From Callorhinchus milii (Eukaryota): DNA of 64,000 nt. Position 1 is the first letter of the stretch, and every line of letters starts with the position of its first letter. The notes beneath the pieces are model-generated. The model was not told the DNA's origin. It ran no database searches and was given only the letters and a program-made list of their open reading frames with translations. Positions 29,001 through 41,000 of this stretch are shown in pieces. Position numbers and translations under genes: made by a program. Where the stretch lies: positions 123,630,001 to 123,694,000 of the forward strand of contig NW_024704742.1 in the NCBI RefSeq assembly GCF_018977255.1, written 5' to 3'.

Positions 29001-32000
29001 TGCAAGGATTATTATTATTAATATCCATTTGGCTCTTAGCAGCCAGAAGTCCAAAACACAGAACTGTTTAATTCTCATCCCCAAAAGTCAGAAGGAAAGC
29101 CGGTATAGAAAATAGTAAACAAATTAATGATCATGTCTGGTGGGCTTTATTGCGCTGGAATACCAGGCATATTTGCTTTGCACCTGACCCGCACTATGGA
29201 ATTGTACTCAGCACAAAGCTACTCATTTTTTGGCCGGAATTCATAATCTTGCTCGAAAGGTCATAAAAACAGATGGTGTTGGGCATAATGTTGGGATAAT
29301 GCAGAAAGAATGTCAGCAAACATTAAATGAGAAAAGGTCACTCAGTTCCTTCCAGAAATAATGTACAATTTGCCCTATTGTGGACTCTGCCCAATTTATT
29401 TAACCTCTCAAAAGAAAGCTCTGCAAAATTTCTCCTCAATTGCAAAGATAATTGAGAATTCAGTCATGTTTCTGGCCATCTTACTTTCACGGATGAGATT
29501 ATTTTTCTGCTGGAAACCACTATATTCAATAATATTCAATCAGGACTTCCTTACTTCAGTCTATTTAATCATGCACATAACATACTATTTAACTTCTTTA
29601 AAAAAAGATTGCTATCAACATGGTACTGTATTATGGCGCACACATTTTCTGTGGGGATGAGGAACTACTAACTTCTGATCTTGAGTTCTTGTAACATTAA
29701 TAGAGGATGATAGCTAAATATTTTCTAAAGATAACCCTCTTAGAGACATATTAATGCTAATATTTATGTTTATAGCTTAATTTAGTGAATCAATTAAGGT
29801 TCAAGATTTGATTCTGAAGATATGCTGGTATTATAAATACAGTTCCATTAACCACCATGTTGTCTCTATAACCTGTGTGTTTTTAGTTAAAATCACAAGC
29901 AATACTATAATAATAGTAAATAATAATCCTTGCATACATTGGGATGCGATCAGAAGTGATCTTTTTCCACATCCAACAACAACAACTTGGATCTATATAG
30001 CGCTTTCTACGCCGGATGGCATCTCAGAGCGCTTCACAGTAATGGATCCCGGGACCAAGCCAGGGGGATGGGGAGGAAGGTGATCAAAGGCACAGTCGAA
30101 AGGAAAGGTCTTCAGCAGAGACCTGAGAATAGGAAGAGAGGGGGCGAGGTGAAGGGAGTGAGGAAGAGAGTTCCAGAGCCTCGGGGGGTAGTGGCTGAAG
30201 GCACGGCCGCTGAGGGTGGAGCGGAGGACTCGGGAGACAAGGAGGAGGCCAGACCTGGAGGAACGAAGGCAACGGGCACTGTTTTGAGGAGAGAGGAGGT
30301 CAGAGAAGTAGGGGCGTGCGGAGGAGTGGAGGGATTTGAAGACAAGGGTGAGGATCTTGAAATCGATCCTCTCTGGGACAGGCAGCCAGTGCAGTCTGGC
30401 AAGGACTGGGGTGATCGGGGAGCAGAGTTTGGTGGGGGTAAGAATGCGGGCGACAGAGTTTTGAATAATCTGGATTTTATGGATGGTAGTGGAGGGGAGG
30501 CTGGCGAGGAGGGCGTTTGAAATAGTCCAGCCGAGAAGTGACAAAGGCATGGACCAGGGTTTCAGCGGCTTTCGGAGAGAGGTTTTGGCGGAGACGGGCG
30601 ATGCATCATAGGTAGAAGAAAGCGGTGCTGGTGAGGAAACGGATGTGGGGGAGGAAGGATAATTGGGGGTTGAAGCTGGCGCCTAGATTGCGTAAGGGTT
30701 CGGAGAGTTTTAGGGGGAGGTCGGGTAGGTGGAAGAGATGAGAACCGTGAGATTTTAGATGTTGACAAGAGCCAAAGAGTATGGCTTCGGTCTTGTCAAC
30801 GTTCAGCTGAAGGAAATTTGCGCTCATCCAGCCCCTGAGGTCTGACAGTCAGGCTGACAGAACATCAGGGGATTGGAGGTCGCAAAGAGAGGTGGAAAAA
30901 TAGAGTTGGGTGTCATTCGCGTACAAGTGGAAGTGTACCCGATGATGGGGACGACATACCCAAGAGGGAGCATGTAGATCAGAAAGAGGAGGAGGCCAAG
31001 GATGGATCCTTGGGGTACCCGCAGGTAACCGGGTGAGAGAAGGAGGAGAAGCCGTTTGTGCAGATGTACTGCTGGCGGTTTGTGAGGTAGGACTCGAACC
31101 AGGCAAGTGCGGTCCGAAAGAGGTGGATGACGATGGAAAGGCGGTGGAGGAGGATGGCGTGATCGACTGTGTTGAATGCGGCAGAGAGGTCCAGGAGGAC
31201 AAGGAGGCAGAGGGAACCCTAGTCACAGATAGAGAGGGTGTCGTTTGTGACTTTCACAAGCGCAGTTTCTGTACTGTGGGCAGGGCGGAAACCGGACTGG
31301 AGGGGTTCGAAGAGGGAGTGGGAGGAGAGGTGTGCGCGAGTTGATTGCCAATAACACGTCCTGGGACTTTTGCGAGAAAGGGGAGGTTAGAAAAAGGGTG
31401 GTAGTGGTTGGGGTTTGAGGGATCTAGGAAGGTTTTTTGAGGAGGGGGATAATGACAGCAGTTTTGAGGGAGGCAGGGACTGATCCGGAGGAGAGGGATT
31501 GGTTAATGACTTCAGCCAGAAGTGGGCAGAGGAGGGGGAGCTGAGTGACCAGCAAGTTGTTGGGGAGGGGGTCGAGGCAGCAGGTGGTGGGTTTCATGGA
31601 GGTGGTGGGTTCCATGGAGATAACAATAACTTGTACTTATAGAGCGCCCTCCTTAACAGGGTGGAGCCTGACTCCGAGTCTGGGAGAGTGACCATAAGTA
31701 CAGTTGAAAAGGAAGATTTTCAGGTGGACTTGGAGAAGGGGAGAAAAGGGCCAAGGCGGAGTGATTGAGGGAGGATGTCCCAGAGTTTTGGGGCATAGTG
31801 GCTGAATGCACGACCTCCAATAGTGGAGCGGAGGGCATGAGGGACAAGCAGGAGGCTGGTGCCAGTCAAGTGAAGGCGCTGGGTGGTAGATTGGGGTGTG
31901 AGAAGGTCAGAGAGGTAGGGAAGTGCCAGGGAATGAAGGGATTTGAACACAAGTGTGAGGATCTTGAAGTCGATACGTTCGGTGATGGGGAGCCAATGGA

Positions 32001-35000
32001 GCCTGGCCAGAACTGGTGAGATCGGGGTACAGAGTTTGGTCCGGGTAAGTATGCGGGCAGCAGAGTTCTGAATGAGTTGGATTTTTTAAATAGTGGAGCT
32101 GGGGAGACTGGTGAGGTCCCTATTAGTACATAGGAGTCCTGTAGCTCAGTGGTTAGAGCACTCGCCTTGCAAGTGAGAAACCTGGGTTTGATTATGGTCA
32201 GGGCGAAACCTTGGACAAGTTTCTTCACTCCACATGCCTGATAATAATCCCTCAAGAAAAAAAAAAAAATTGTTCATTTTCAATCCACGACTGTTTGTGG
32301 GACACTGCTGTGTGCAATTGGCTGCCGTGTTTCGCCCACAAATATACCGTCAATTCACTTTACAATATATTCTGTGAAGCGCTTTGAGACGTCTAGAAGA
32401 CGTGAAAAGCGCTATATCAAATGCAAGAATAATAATATGGTGGGTGAGAGGGAGGAGGGAGAGATGGGGAGGAAGGAATGTAGGACACAGATGATGAGGA
32501 GGGTGAGGGGGACAGAGAGGGCATGGTGATGGGTGACAAGAGGCAGGTGGATGAGGCTGCCTGGAGGATGTTGTGTATTTTAGATGAAAGATGTCCATGA
32601 TCTCCTCGCACTTGGCATTTGATAAGATTGAGGAGGCCTGAGGTGGGGCACGGACGAGGTAGTGGGTGGTAGAAAAAAAGATTTGAGGGTTGCGTTTAGC
32701 CTCCAAGATGATGATGGAGTAAAAGGCCGTTTTGTGCGTGTCAAAGAATGGCGTTAGCTGTGGAGATGCTCGAGCCACAGTTGGCGGTGGACTGTCAGGC
32801 CAGTTTTCCGCCATTTGCGCTCGAGCAGCCGGGTTTGGATTTTTAGGGAACGGAGATGGTTGTTGTACCAGGGAGATCGGGTGGGTTTGGAGATGGTCCT
32901 AGATTTCAGGGGGCCGAGGGAGCTGAAGGTGGAGGAGAGGCGATCATGGAGCAGCTGGACGGCTGCTTCAGGATCTCCGCGGCTGGAAGGCCAGAGGGAT
33001 AGGATGTTTGATGATGTTAGGGCCTTTTTGAGGGTCTCAGGAGGCAGCCTTTTCCAAGGGCGGTAGAAGCTGGATGAGGGCTTGGTGGAGGGGAGAGGGA
33101 TGTGAGAGGAGAAGGAGATGAGGAAGTGGTCCGAGATGGCCTGGTCCACTATGCTAAGGTCGGAAATGTCAAGGCTGTGGGTGATAACGAGGCCAAGGGG
33201 ATGACTACGGTTGTGGGTAGGTGAGTTTATGTGAAGGGTGAGGTTTAGGGAGGAGGAGGGCAGTGAAGTCGGCAGAAGTAGTGCAAGGGGAGTTTAGGTG
33301 GAGCTTGAGTCGTGGAGTCCTGTAGCTCAGTGGTTAGAGCACTCGCTTTGCAAGTGAGAGACCTGAGTTCAATTCCAGGCAGGGCGAAACCTTGGGCAAG
33401 TTTCCTTACTCCACACGTCTAATAATAATCCCTCCAAAAAACAAAAACAATAATAAATTGGTCATTTTCAATCTACGACTGTTTGTGGGACATTACTGTG
33501 CGCAATTGGCTGCCGCGTTCGCCCACAAATATACAGTCAATTCACTTTACAGTGTGTGCTGTGAAGCATTTTGGGACGTCCTCCCGACGTGAAAAGCGCT
33601 ATATCAAATGCAAGTATTATTATTATTATTAAATCGCCCGTTATGTGCAGGCATTCGGAGCAGAGGGACAGAGAAGAGAGGAGAGTAGAGATGTCTGTGT
33701 GGAAGGAGCCGGGGGGCTTAGGGAGGCGGTAGACAAGGAGGATTTTTAATAGGAGAGAGGGTGAGGTGCTCGAAGTAGGAAGTAGCCAAAGAAGTAGGGG
33801 GTAAGACCAAGGGAGGCTTTAGAAATGAAGGCCACCCCGCCGCCATGTTGGTTTGGTGGGGAGGCTTCAAGGAGGGGGGACAGGGTCATTGGGGGAGAGC
33901 CAGGTTTCGGTGAGCCCAAGAATGTCAAGGTGCTCGTCCAGGATGAGGTTGTGGATGATGAAGGCTTGTTTTGAGAGGGAACGGACATTTTGGAGGGAAA
34001 TGCGGGTGGGTTTGCTGGGGGGGCGGAGGGAGGAGAGAGTGATGCAGAGAGGATTTTCGGGTGTACAGGAGAGATGGTTGTGGAGAGTGGTGTGAGTGGA
34101 GAGTTGGGAAGGGTACATATGAGGGGGATGTTGGGTTTGCCTTAAGGAGGCGGTTTGAGCGGAGTGAATGAGTGATGGGACACGTGGGTTTGCTGCTCTG
34201 GGACAGCCAGTATCGGGAGCCACGATGGGCCCGGCAGAGGATGCCCAGATTGGAGCAGAGTGATTGGGTCGAGGAGAGAGAGCAAGTGGGGCGGGCGGTG
34301 GGAGAGAAGGACAGAGGGGGAGTAGCAGATAGAAGGGAGTGGGAAAAGAGACATAGAGAGGGGTGGGAGGAGAGACATTTAGAGTGGAGAGGGAGGGGGA
34401 GGCTCAGGTCGGGATGGCAGCCAAAACGCACACGCAGAGACCGGGATGGAGCAATCAGCGGGATGGCATCAGCCCGAGGCCTGTGTGCTCATGGCTGGGA
34501 TGGCAGTGGCAGGGGCTGCCAGGCCATTGTTGTTGTCGTTGCTGGTTTTTTTAACTGCGATGTCACGTCGATGTCACCTTGTGAATCGCGCCACCCCGTC
34601 CAATGTGCCTATGCGCAGAGAAATCAAATGCCGGCTGCCGAGGAGAGGCCAAAATGGCCAACTTCTGGATCAAGCCACCGACACCACTTTCTGTGCAATG
34701 TGTACATGCAGCACTTGGGAAGCAACATTGGCAGCATCTTGATGAATTGGGAAGTCACCTATTTTGGCTTTTCACATACCAACCAATGTTTTGTCATTCT
34801 ATTCGTTTCTGATTGTTTCTGATGGAGCAGATTAGCATATTTGGCATATTCTGAGTAAATTGATGTCAGGTTCCAAACACCGATCACCACAATAAGCGAA
34901 CCAGTGTTATAATGAAGTGCTTTATAACAAGGTTCCACTGTATTTGACCAGACAACATAAAGTGGGAGCTGCAAGCTGATTCAGTAAAGATTAATTCTAA

Positions 35001-38000
35001 GAATCTGTGGGACCAGGATAAGAACGCAACAAATGACATTTCACCCAGGTAACATCCTAGAACTGAAAGTCAACAGAATAGCAACTCAACTATTTATGTT
35101 GAATTTGCCACAATAGGAACTTTTGATACAGGAAAACCAGAAATATTACTAACATTTCTCAAACTCACTCATCACATTATATGGTACTATATTATATATA
35201 TAAAAACATTAGTTATATGTAACGATAAATATATTAATGGCTTGAAGGGATCTACTAATTTTATCTTCAGACATGCTCAGATTCTGGCATTTTATCAAGT
35301 AGCTGCAAAGCAGAAAGGACTGCGAGTATTTCTATTGGAACAAGTGAAGGAAGAAACGTGAGATTGTGTGTAGGTTTCATTTATCCAGTATAAAGTGGGA
35401 GGAAATTGTATAACTTCAAACAATTGAAAATCCTTGCTGGTACATTTGCCCAGTGATTTTCTCCAAGTTTGCAGAGAAGTGACCTATGTTTGAAAGTAAG
35501 TGTGCGTGTTTGTCTACTTGGTGAAGTTGGGACTGATTTGGGTGTTGTGTTCCCACATTGTCAAACATGAAGAATGATTATTCGGATAAAGTACAGAGAG
35601 TGGCTACAGCCTCGAAAACACTCCAGATTAAAAATAGATCATGGGAGCTATATAACTGAGTCAATCCAGGGCCATTCAAGCAAAGCTACTGATTCAATTG
35701 ATTTGCACTGAGCACAATTTGTCCTAGATGTAACACAGATGGTGGATGTGAATGTAAAATTATACTTTATATAGCGCTCAACTTCAACAAAGAGAAAAAC
35801 AATGAACAATTGTCTTAATGAAAATAATGCGTGACATATGCCAGTTATAGCACATCACCATATTTGATGTTATATCAGAGCAACCTTCAGTCAAGTTTAC
35901 TATTTCTTAAATAAACATAGCTCGGATCACAACACCATTGTCTCCTGCTCTGGCTATTAACTATTGAAGTTCAAAAAGGTTTTTACTCACTTTCAACCAC
36001 TCCTGGGATTGCCTTGTAATTCTGGAATTGGTAGAAGGATTTTTCTAACATATATTCGGGGTTGATCTCTTCGACACGAAGCAGATTCAAAACCATGTTA
36101 TACGTCAGGTGAAAGGCACTGTTAAGAGCATCAGCTGTACCCTGCAAAATGCAAGACCACCAAGTTGTTAAAACAAAACAAAGTGATGGACATTTCTCTA
36201 GATAATTAAACCGTTATAAAAATATTCAAAAACACATTTATTCCTGCATATTCAAAGAGCCCTTCAAAGATCTACACTGAAGTTATCCAAGTATTGGTTT
36301 GAAAAATATATACCCCTACAATGATTTTTTCCAAAACAAGTTGGCAGGTTTTACCCGATGAGGACTGCCATCTTCATGGCATTTGAGGCAAGATACAGAA
36401 ACTGTGTCATTGCTTGGCCTGGCTACCACAATCCCTGATAGGTCAATATTTAGGAACAGTGAGAATCAACAAGGACAAAATGGCAATGGAGAGAAAATAA
36501 AACTTTGAATAGTGATTTTTTTGAATGAATACAGTACTATTTGTGGAGTCCTGCAGCTCAGTGGTTAGAGCACTCGCTTTGCCAGCGAGAGACCTGAGTT
36601 CAATTCCAGGCAGGGCGAAAGCTTGGGCAAGTTTCCTTACTCCACACGCCTAATAATAATCCCTCCAAAACCAAAAACAATAATAAGTTGGTCATTTTCG
36701 ATCTACGACTGTTTGTGGGACATTGCTGTGCGCAATTGGCTGCCGCGTTCGCCTACAAATATACAGTCAATTCACTTTACAGTGTGTTCTGTGAAGTGCT
36801 TTGCGACGTCCTCCCAACGTGAAAAGCGCTACATCAAATGCAAGGATTATTGTTATTATTATTATTATTTCTGGACCAGAGAGACACACAAATCACATTG
36901 CATCAGAGGTAAGAAAACTCATGGAACAGGAAATTTATGGAAAATAGACAAATGGTTGAAAGTACCATAAAAGACAATTAAATCCAGAAATCAGAAAAAT
37001 TATGTGTGCGGATAGGTACAACACGTTGCATTTATCCAGCAACCCCCCATTTCACACGGGGTAGCATCTCAGAACAGAGGACATTTTAAAATGTCACCAG
37101 GGTATACAAAAGCTAAACATGTTGTAAAACAAATCTTTTCATTGTTTGAATGTCTAAATAATACAGGGTATTCTATTTATTTATTAATTATGAAGATCTG
37201 AAGCACATCTGAATACACTGTGGAAAGTGCCTTATAAATACAAATGTTAAGACTTTGTGGTCCAATAAAGTTATGCTTTCCAACTCATTGCTTTTCTGCC
37301 AGCACTGCACTTAAACCTATGCAGGGAAGTAAACTTTGATCCCTCTAGACAAAGTCCTCGGTGTGCCCTGACCAAGTCAATCAACATGATTTTGACAACA
37401 AAATACTGTAAAAACCCAAACTGGCTTCAATTTATAAAACATGGCAATGTCTCTACAAACTCGGTCTTAGATTTCAGAGAACTAGAAATATTTGTAAATT
37501 CTGTTGACATAAGTTTGATAAATACACACAAACAAGCCAAAAAAAAGTACTTTATTGAGATTAAATGGGATAGTGAGTTGTTTTTTTTTCTGGAAGAGCT
37601 GCTTTTTGCCATACAAGAGGTCTTTGGCAAACAAACATCTTGGAGCAAGTCTAATTACTCCAAAATTGCTGTGAAAATGCCAAATTGGCAACTGCAGTAA
37701 ATTTATGTATGTAAGAAAGCCTGAAACTAGGAAAAGCTATTTGGCCCATCAAACTCAATCTTTCCAAAGAGAATATAAAATCCAATCCATTAGTTATTCT
37801 TCCCCACCCATGTATTCTCCAAGGCATTCACAGGGTCTCCAAGCAAACCTCAGATTATTCATGCATTCACACATCTCCACCAGCAGGAACACAGAATTCA
37901 GATCAGTGCCTAAAGTGACCCAAAGGCCTCATCCCCATTGAAGTATACTGCTCGAGACACATCCAGTTAGTCCCACTAGTAGAACAGTCTAGCAGTGAAG

Positions 38001-41000
38001 AAGGTGGGTCGGGTCCTAAGGATTTTCCAAAAGCAATAGTTGCTCACCATTCTCTCCTCCCACCCCACCCAAGGCTCAGGCTGCCAGTCAGTAGTGTGAA
38101 GTGCTTTAATACATCCTCTCTATGTGAAAGCCGCTATATAAATGTAAACTGCTGCATAGAATGTATATTTTGGATAATTTTCTCTTTCTGAGTGGGGTGG
38201 GGAAGAAGGAAAGTATTTTGAACAGGAAATGCTTTTCCTAGACTTCCCTTCCCCTTTAAACATTTGTAGTATATTGGGAATTAGAGTAAAAGTGTAAATC
38301 TAAATTTGATAAACATGTTACGCACAATAATACTGACATAGTATACAGTAATGCCATGCTTATTTATTGTTTTGCTTTCAAATTCCATAACAGTGCACGG
38401 AAAACAAAATGCACTATAAATCAGTTATCTGTCTAAATGAAAAAATTCTCCTGAAGATGCAATGTAGGTTTGACAGCAACAGCAATGCCATATAGTTCAA
38501 ATGTCAGAGCAATATAGTCTTCAAATACCTCCCCCACATACATACAATTAAACAACGAGGTTATAGGGTTGCCCAGACTTATTCCTATTAAACCATTTCT
38601 TCTGTTTTTTTACCAGAACAATTATTCACTAAGCATACATATTCTTATGCTAAAAATACATCAAGTTGCCACAAGCTACTTATGAAGAAATATCTGCATC
38701 AAGACTTGCTGAACTTTAACGAAGGACATTTATTTTTAAATGGTAAATTTGCAGCCTCTACGTGCATAAGCTCCAGACCTCACAGAAGTACCATAAAGCT
38801 CACTCAATTCATATACACTTTATAAAGTACACATTACTTTGTTACATAAATAAAAATGATCAAAGGCAACCACCAATTGTAGTTTCATAGTTGTAAAACA
38901 AAGTGGAACAAAGCATTTGAGATAACTACAACTTTCAGCTTTCCCCATTTTTCTTTCCCCTGAAAATAGACAGCTTTGTACAAAGTACCTCTTTTACATA
39001 CCAACATCTACTGCTCTGAATAACCCTTGTCATCTAAGTGATCTGCTTTTATTAAAATCTCAGATATGACTCTCAGACAAGCTTTTTTTAAGTAACCAAC
39101 CAATGGCTCCATATATTATAGACAGTACATATATCAAGAGAACCATTATGGTTGATTTTATATCCATTAGACATAACTGGAATGTGAAGTGCAGCAAGGT
39201 ACTTGGGCACACAGAATCTGATACTCCAGTTACACTGAGAATTGGATTCCAATCTCAGGCACACTCTGATTTTCTGCTTTAAAGTCAGCAAAAGAGGATT
39301 TTGGAAATTCAGGCTGGTTATGTTGTTCCTTGAAAAATTGCACAGAATTACTCCAAAAATCGACTTCATCCCACAATGGGACTTCTTACTGGTCTTGTGA
39401 AATTCTTGACTGCCCAGGAACTTTTAAGGGACTGTAATTTATTGTTAGAGTACTTAATTATTAAAATGCACACAAACTGGTTTTGGTGTCAAATCATTAC
39501 TCTTATACTTTCTGATACTAACTGTTGCAATTTAGAACTATTATATAAGAACAATTGCATTAGAAAAATCATTGAAAGTTTGAATACATCTACAACCTAA
39601 CATTATTCAAATGCATAATGTTCTTAGTTCAATTTTTAGAAAAGTTTTCTGCTAAACCTTCCTTCTCCTCACTTCTGAGATAGTTTCCTCCTTTTTAGTG
39701 GACTCTTTGTCGACATAGTCTCATTTAGGTATAAATTCTCTGGGTGCAGGTGTCAGGCGAAATTGGAGTACTTGAGATAAGGAAGCTTTATGCTTTTGTT
39801 AAAGTATATCTTATTAAAGTCCACAGCTATAAGTCTCCAAGACATAAAGTTAAACCTGCATAGTTCCTCATACATAGATGAATCTGTTCAAAATCCACTG
39901 CTTATCCAGCTAGCATCATGCTATCATGAGCCAAGTCGAAAGACTCACGGACACAGTGACCATTAAAGTTCAGTCTGACAGGTCAATTACCAAAAACACT
40001 TGAGAACATTGCAGACCTACCTCCCTCAGGTATTAGATCCACAAACCCACCATTGAACACGGTCTTAAATCCAATTTCACTTCACCGGGACACATGAGAG
40101 CCAGCAGGATAGTCACAAATTAGTCTCCATACAACTGAAACACACAGCTTTGAGTTCTTACTAGACAGCTGACAGAACTTCACATTCTTGGTGTCGTTCA
40201 GGGAATAATAAACTGGTTGTTTGGCTCAGCACATTTTCACTGATTTCAGACAGGCAATCAGGTGTTTATTTATATCATGGACATTGCATCTGTTTCTGCT
40301 ATTTAGTTAATCTCCCAAAGCTAACAATACAATTTATAAATTCTAACAGCTAATAGATTGTTTATTTAAGTACAGCAATGACAGGTTCAACACTTCTATT
40401 GAGCTAGATTGTGTTTCAGCACAGCATGAAATCAGCAGAAAACTGCACTGAGGTCAACAAATTTGACAAAATAATTGAAGCCATGTAAATTTAGGTTTTT
40501 AATCTTTTGAATAATTAGCTGCAGGAATTTATTATTCATCAGATTTTTCTTCAAATAAAATGTTCATCATCAGTAACTTAGATTAAAATTTACTTTAAAC
40601 TCCCCAAATCATCTGGATAATCAGAAAAAATCCTGACATAAAACTTGATGTTGCTGGATGAATTTGGACCTCGATATAATCAAAAACAATGTTGATTGTA
40701 TGAAAATGAATAGCACCATTCAAACAGCAAATAAAATGCCAACAATACCCATCAGTCATCAAGCTTTCAGCCTATCTGCCCCCACTCTTTAGTTTCTCCA
40801 ATTCACTTTGAGTGAACTAACTTTGAATTACACTTTACATGACAGCGATGTTTAATTTCCAGGATTTAACAAGATTCCTTTGTAAAAAATCAGTCACACA
40901 AAGGGAGTACGTCACAGAAACCCACGGAAATTATGCTCCAATGTGATTTACTCCCAGTGTGGTGATTCTGGTTTAATGGAAATTCCTTATTAAGAAATGC

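Larger units (their letters stand above)
29975..34530 (-). mobile_element. Near-full-length decayed L2 LINE (APE endonuclease and RT) with nested insertions
   Basis: [13 protein letters not shown]...[11 protein letters not shown] (about 34010-33900), [49 protein letters not shown], [37 protein letters not shown]. (GTT)n tail at about 29975. Multiple frameshifts. Confidence 0.9.

Noticed and set aside
29987..34822. Long GC-rich plus-strand ORFs (177 aa, 216 aa and others)
   Set aside because: They are antisense frames of the L2 element and its flank, not independent genes.
39088..39369. ORF with LRR/Ig-like snippets ([15 protein letters not shown])
   Set aside because: There is no LRR periodicity, no supported splice context and no extension. 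Probably random.
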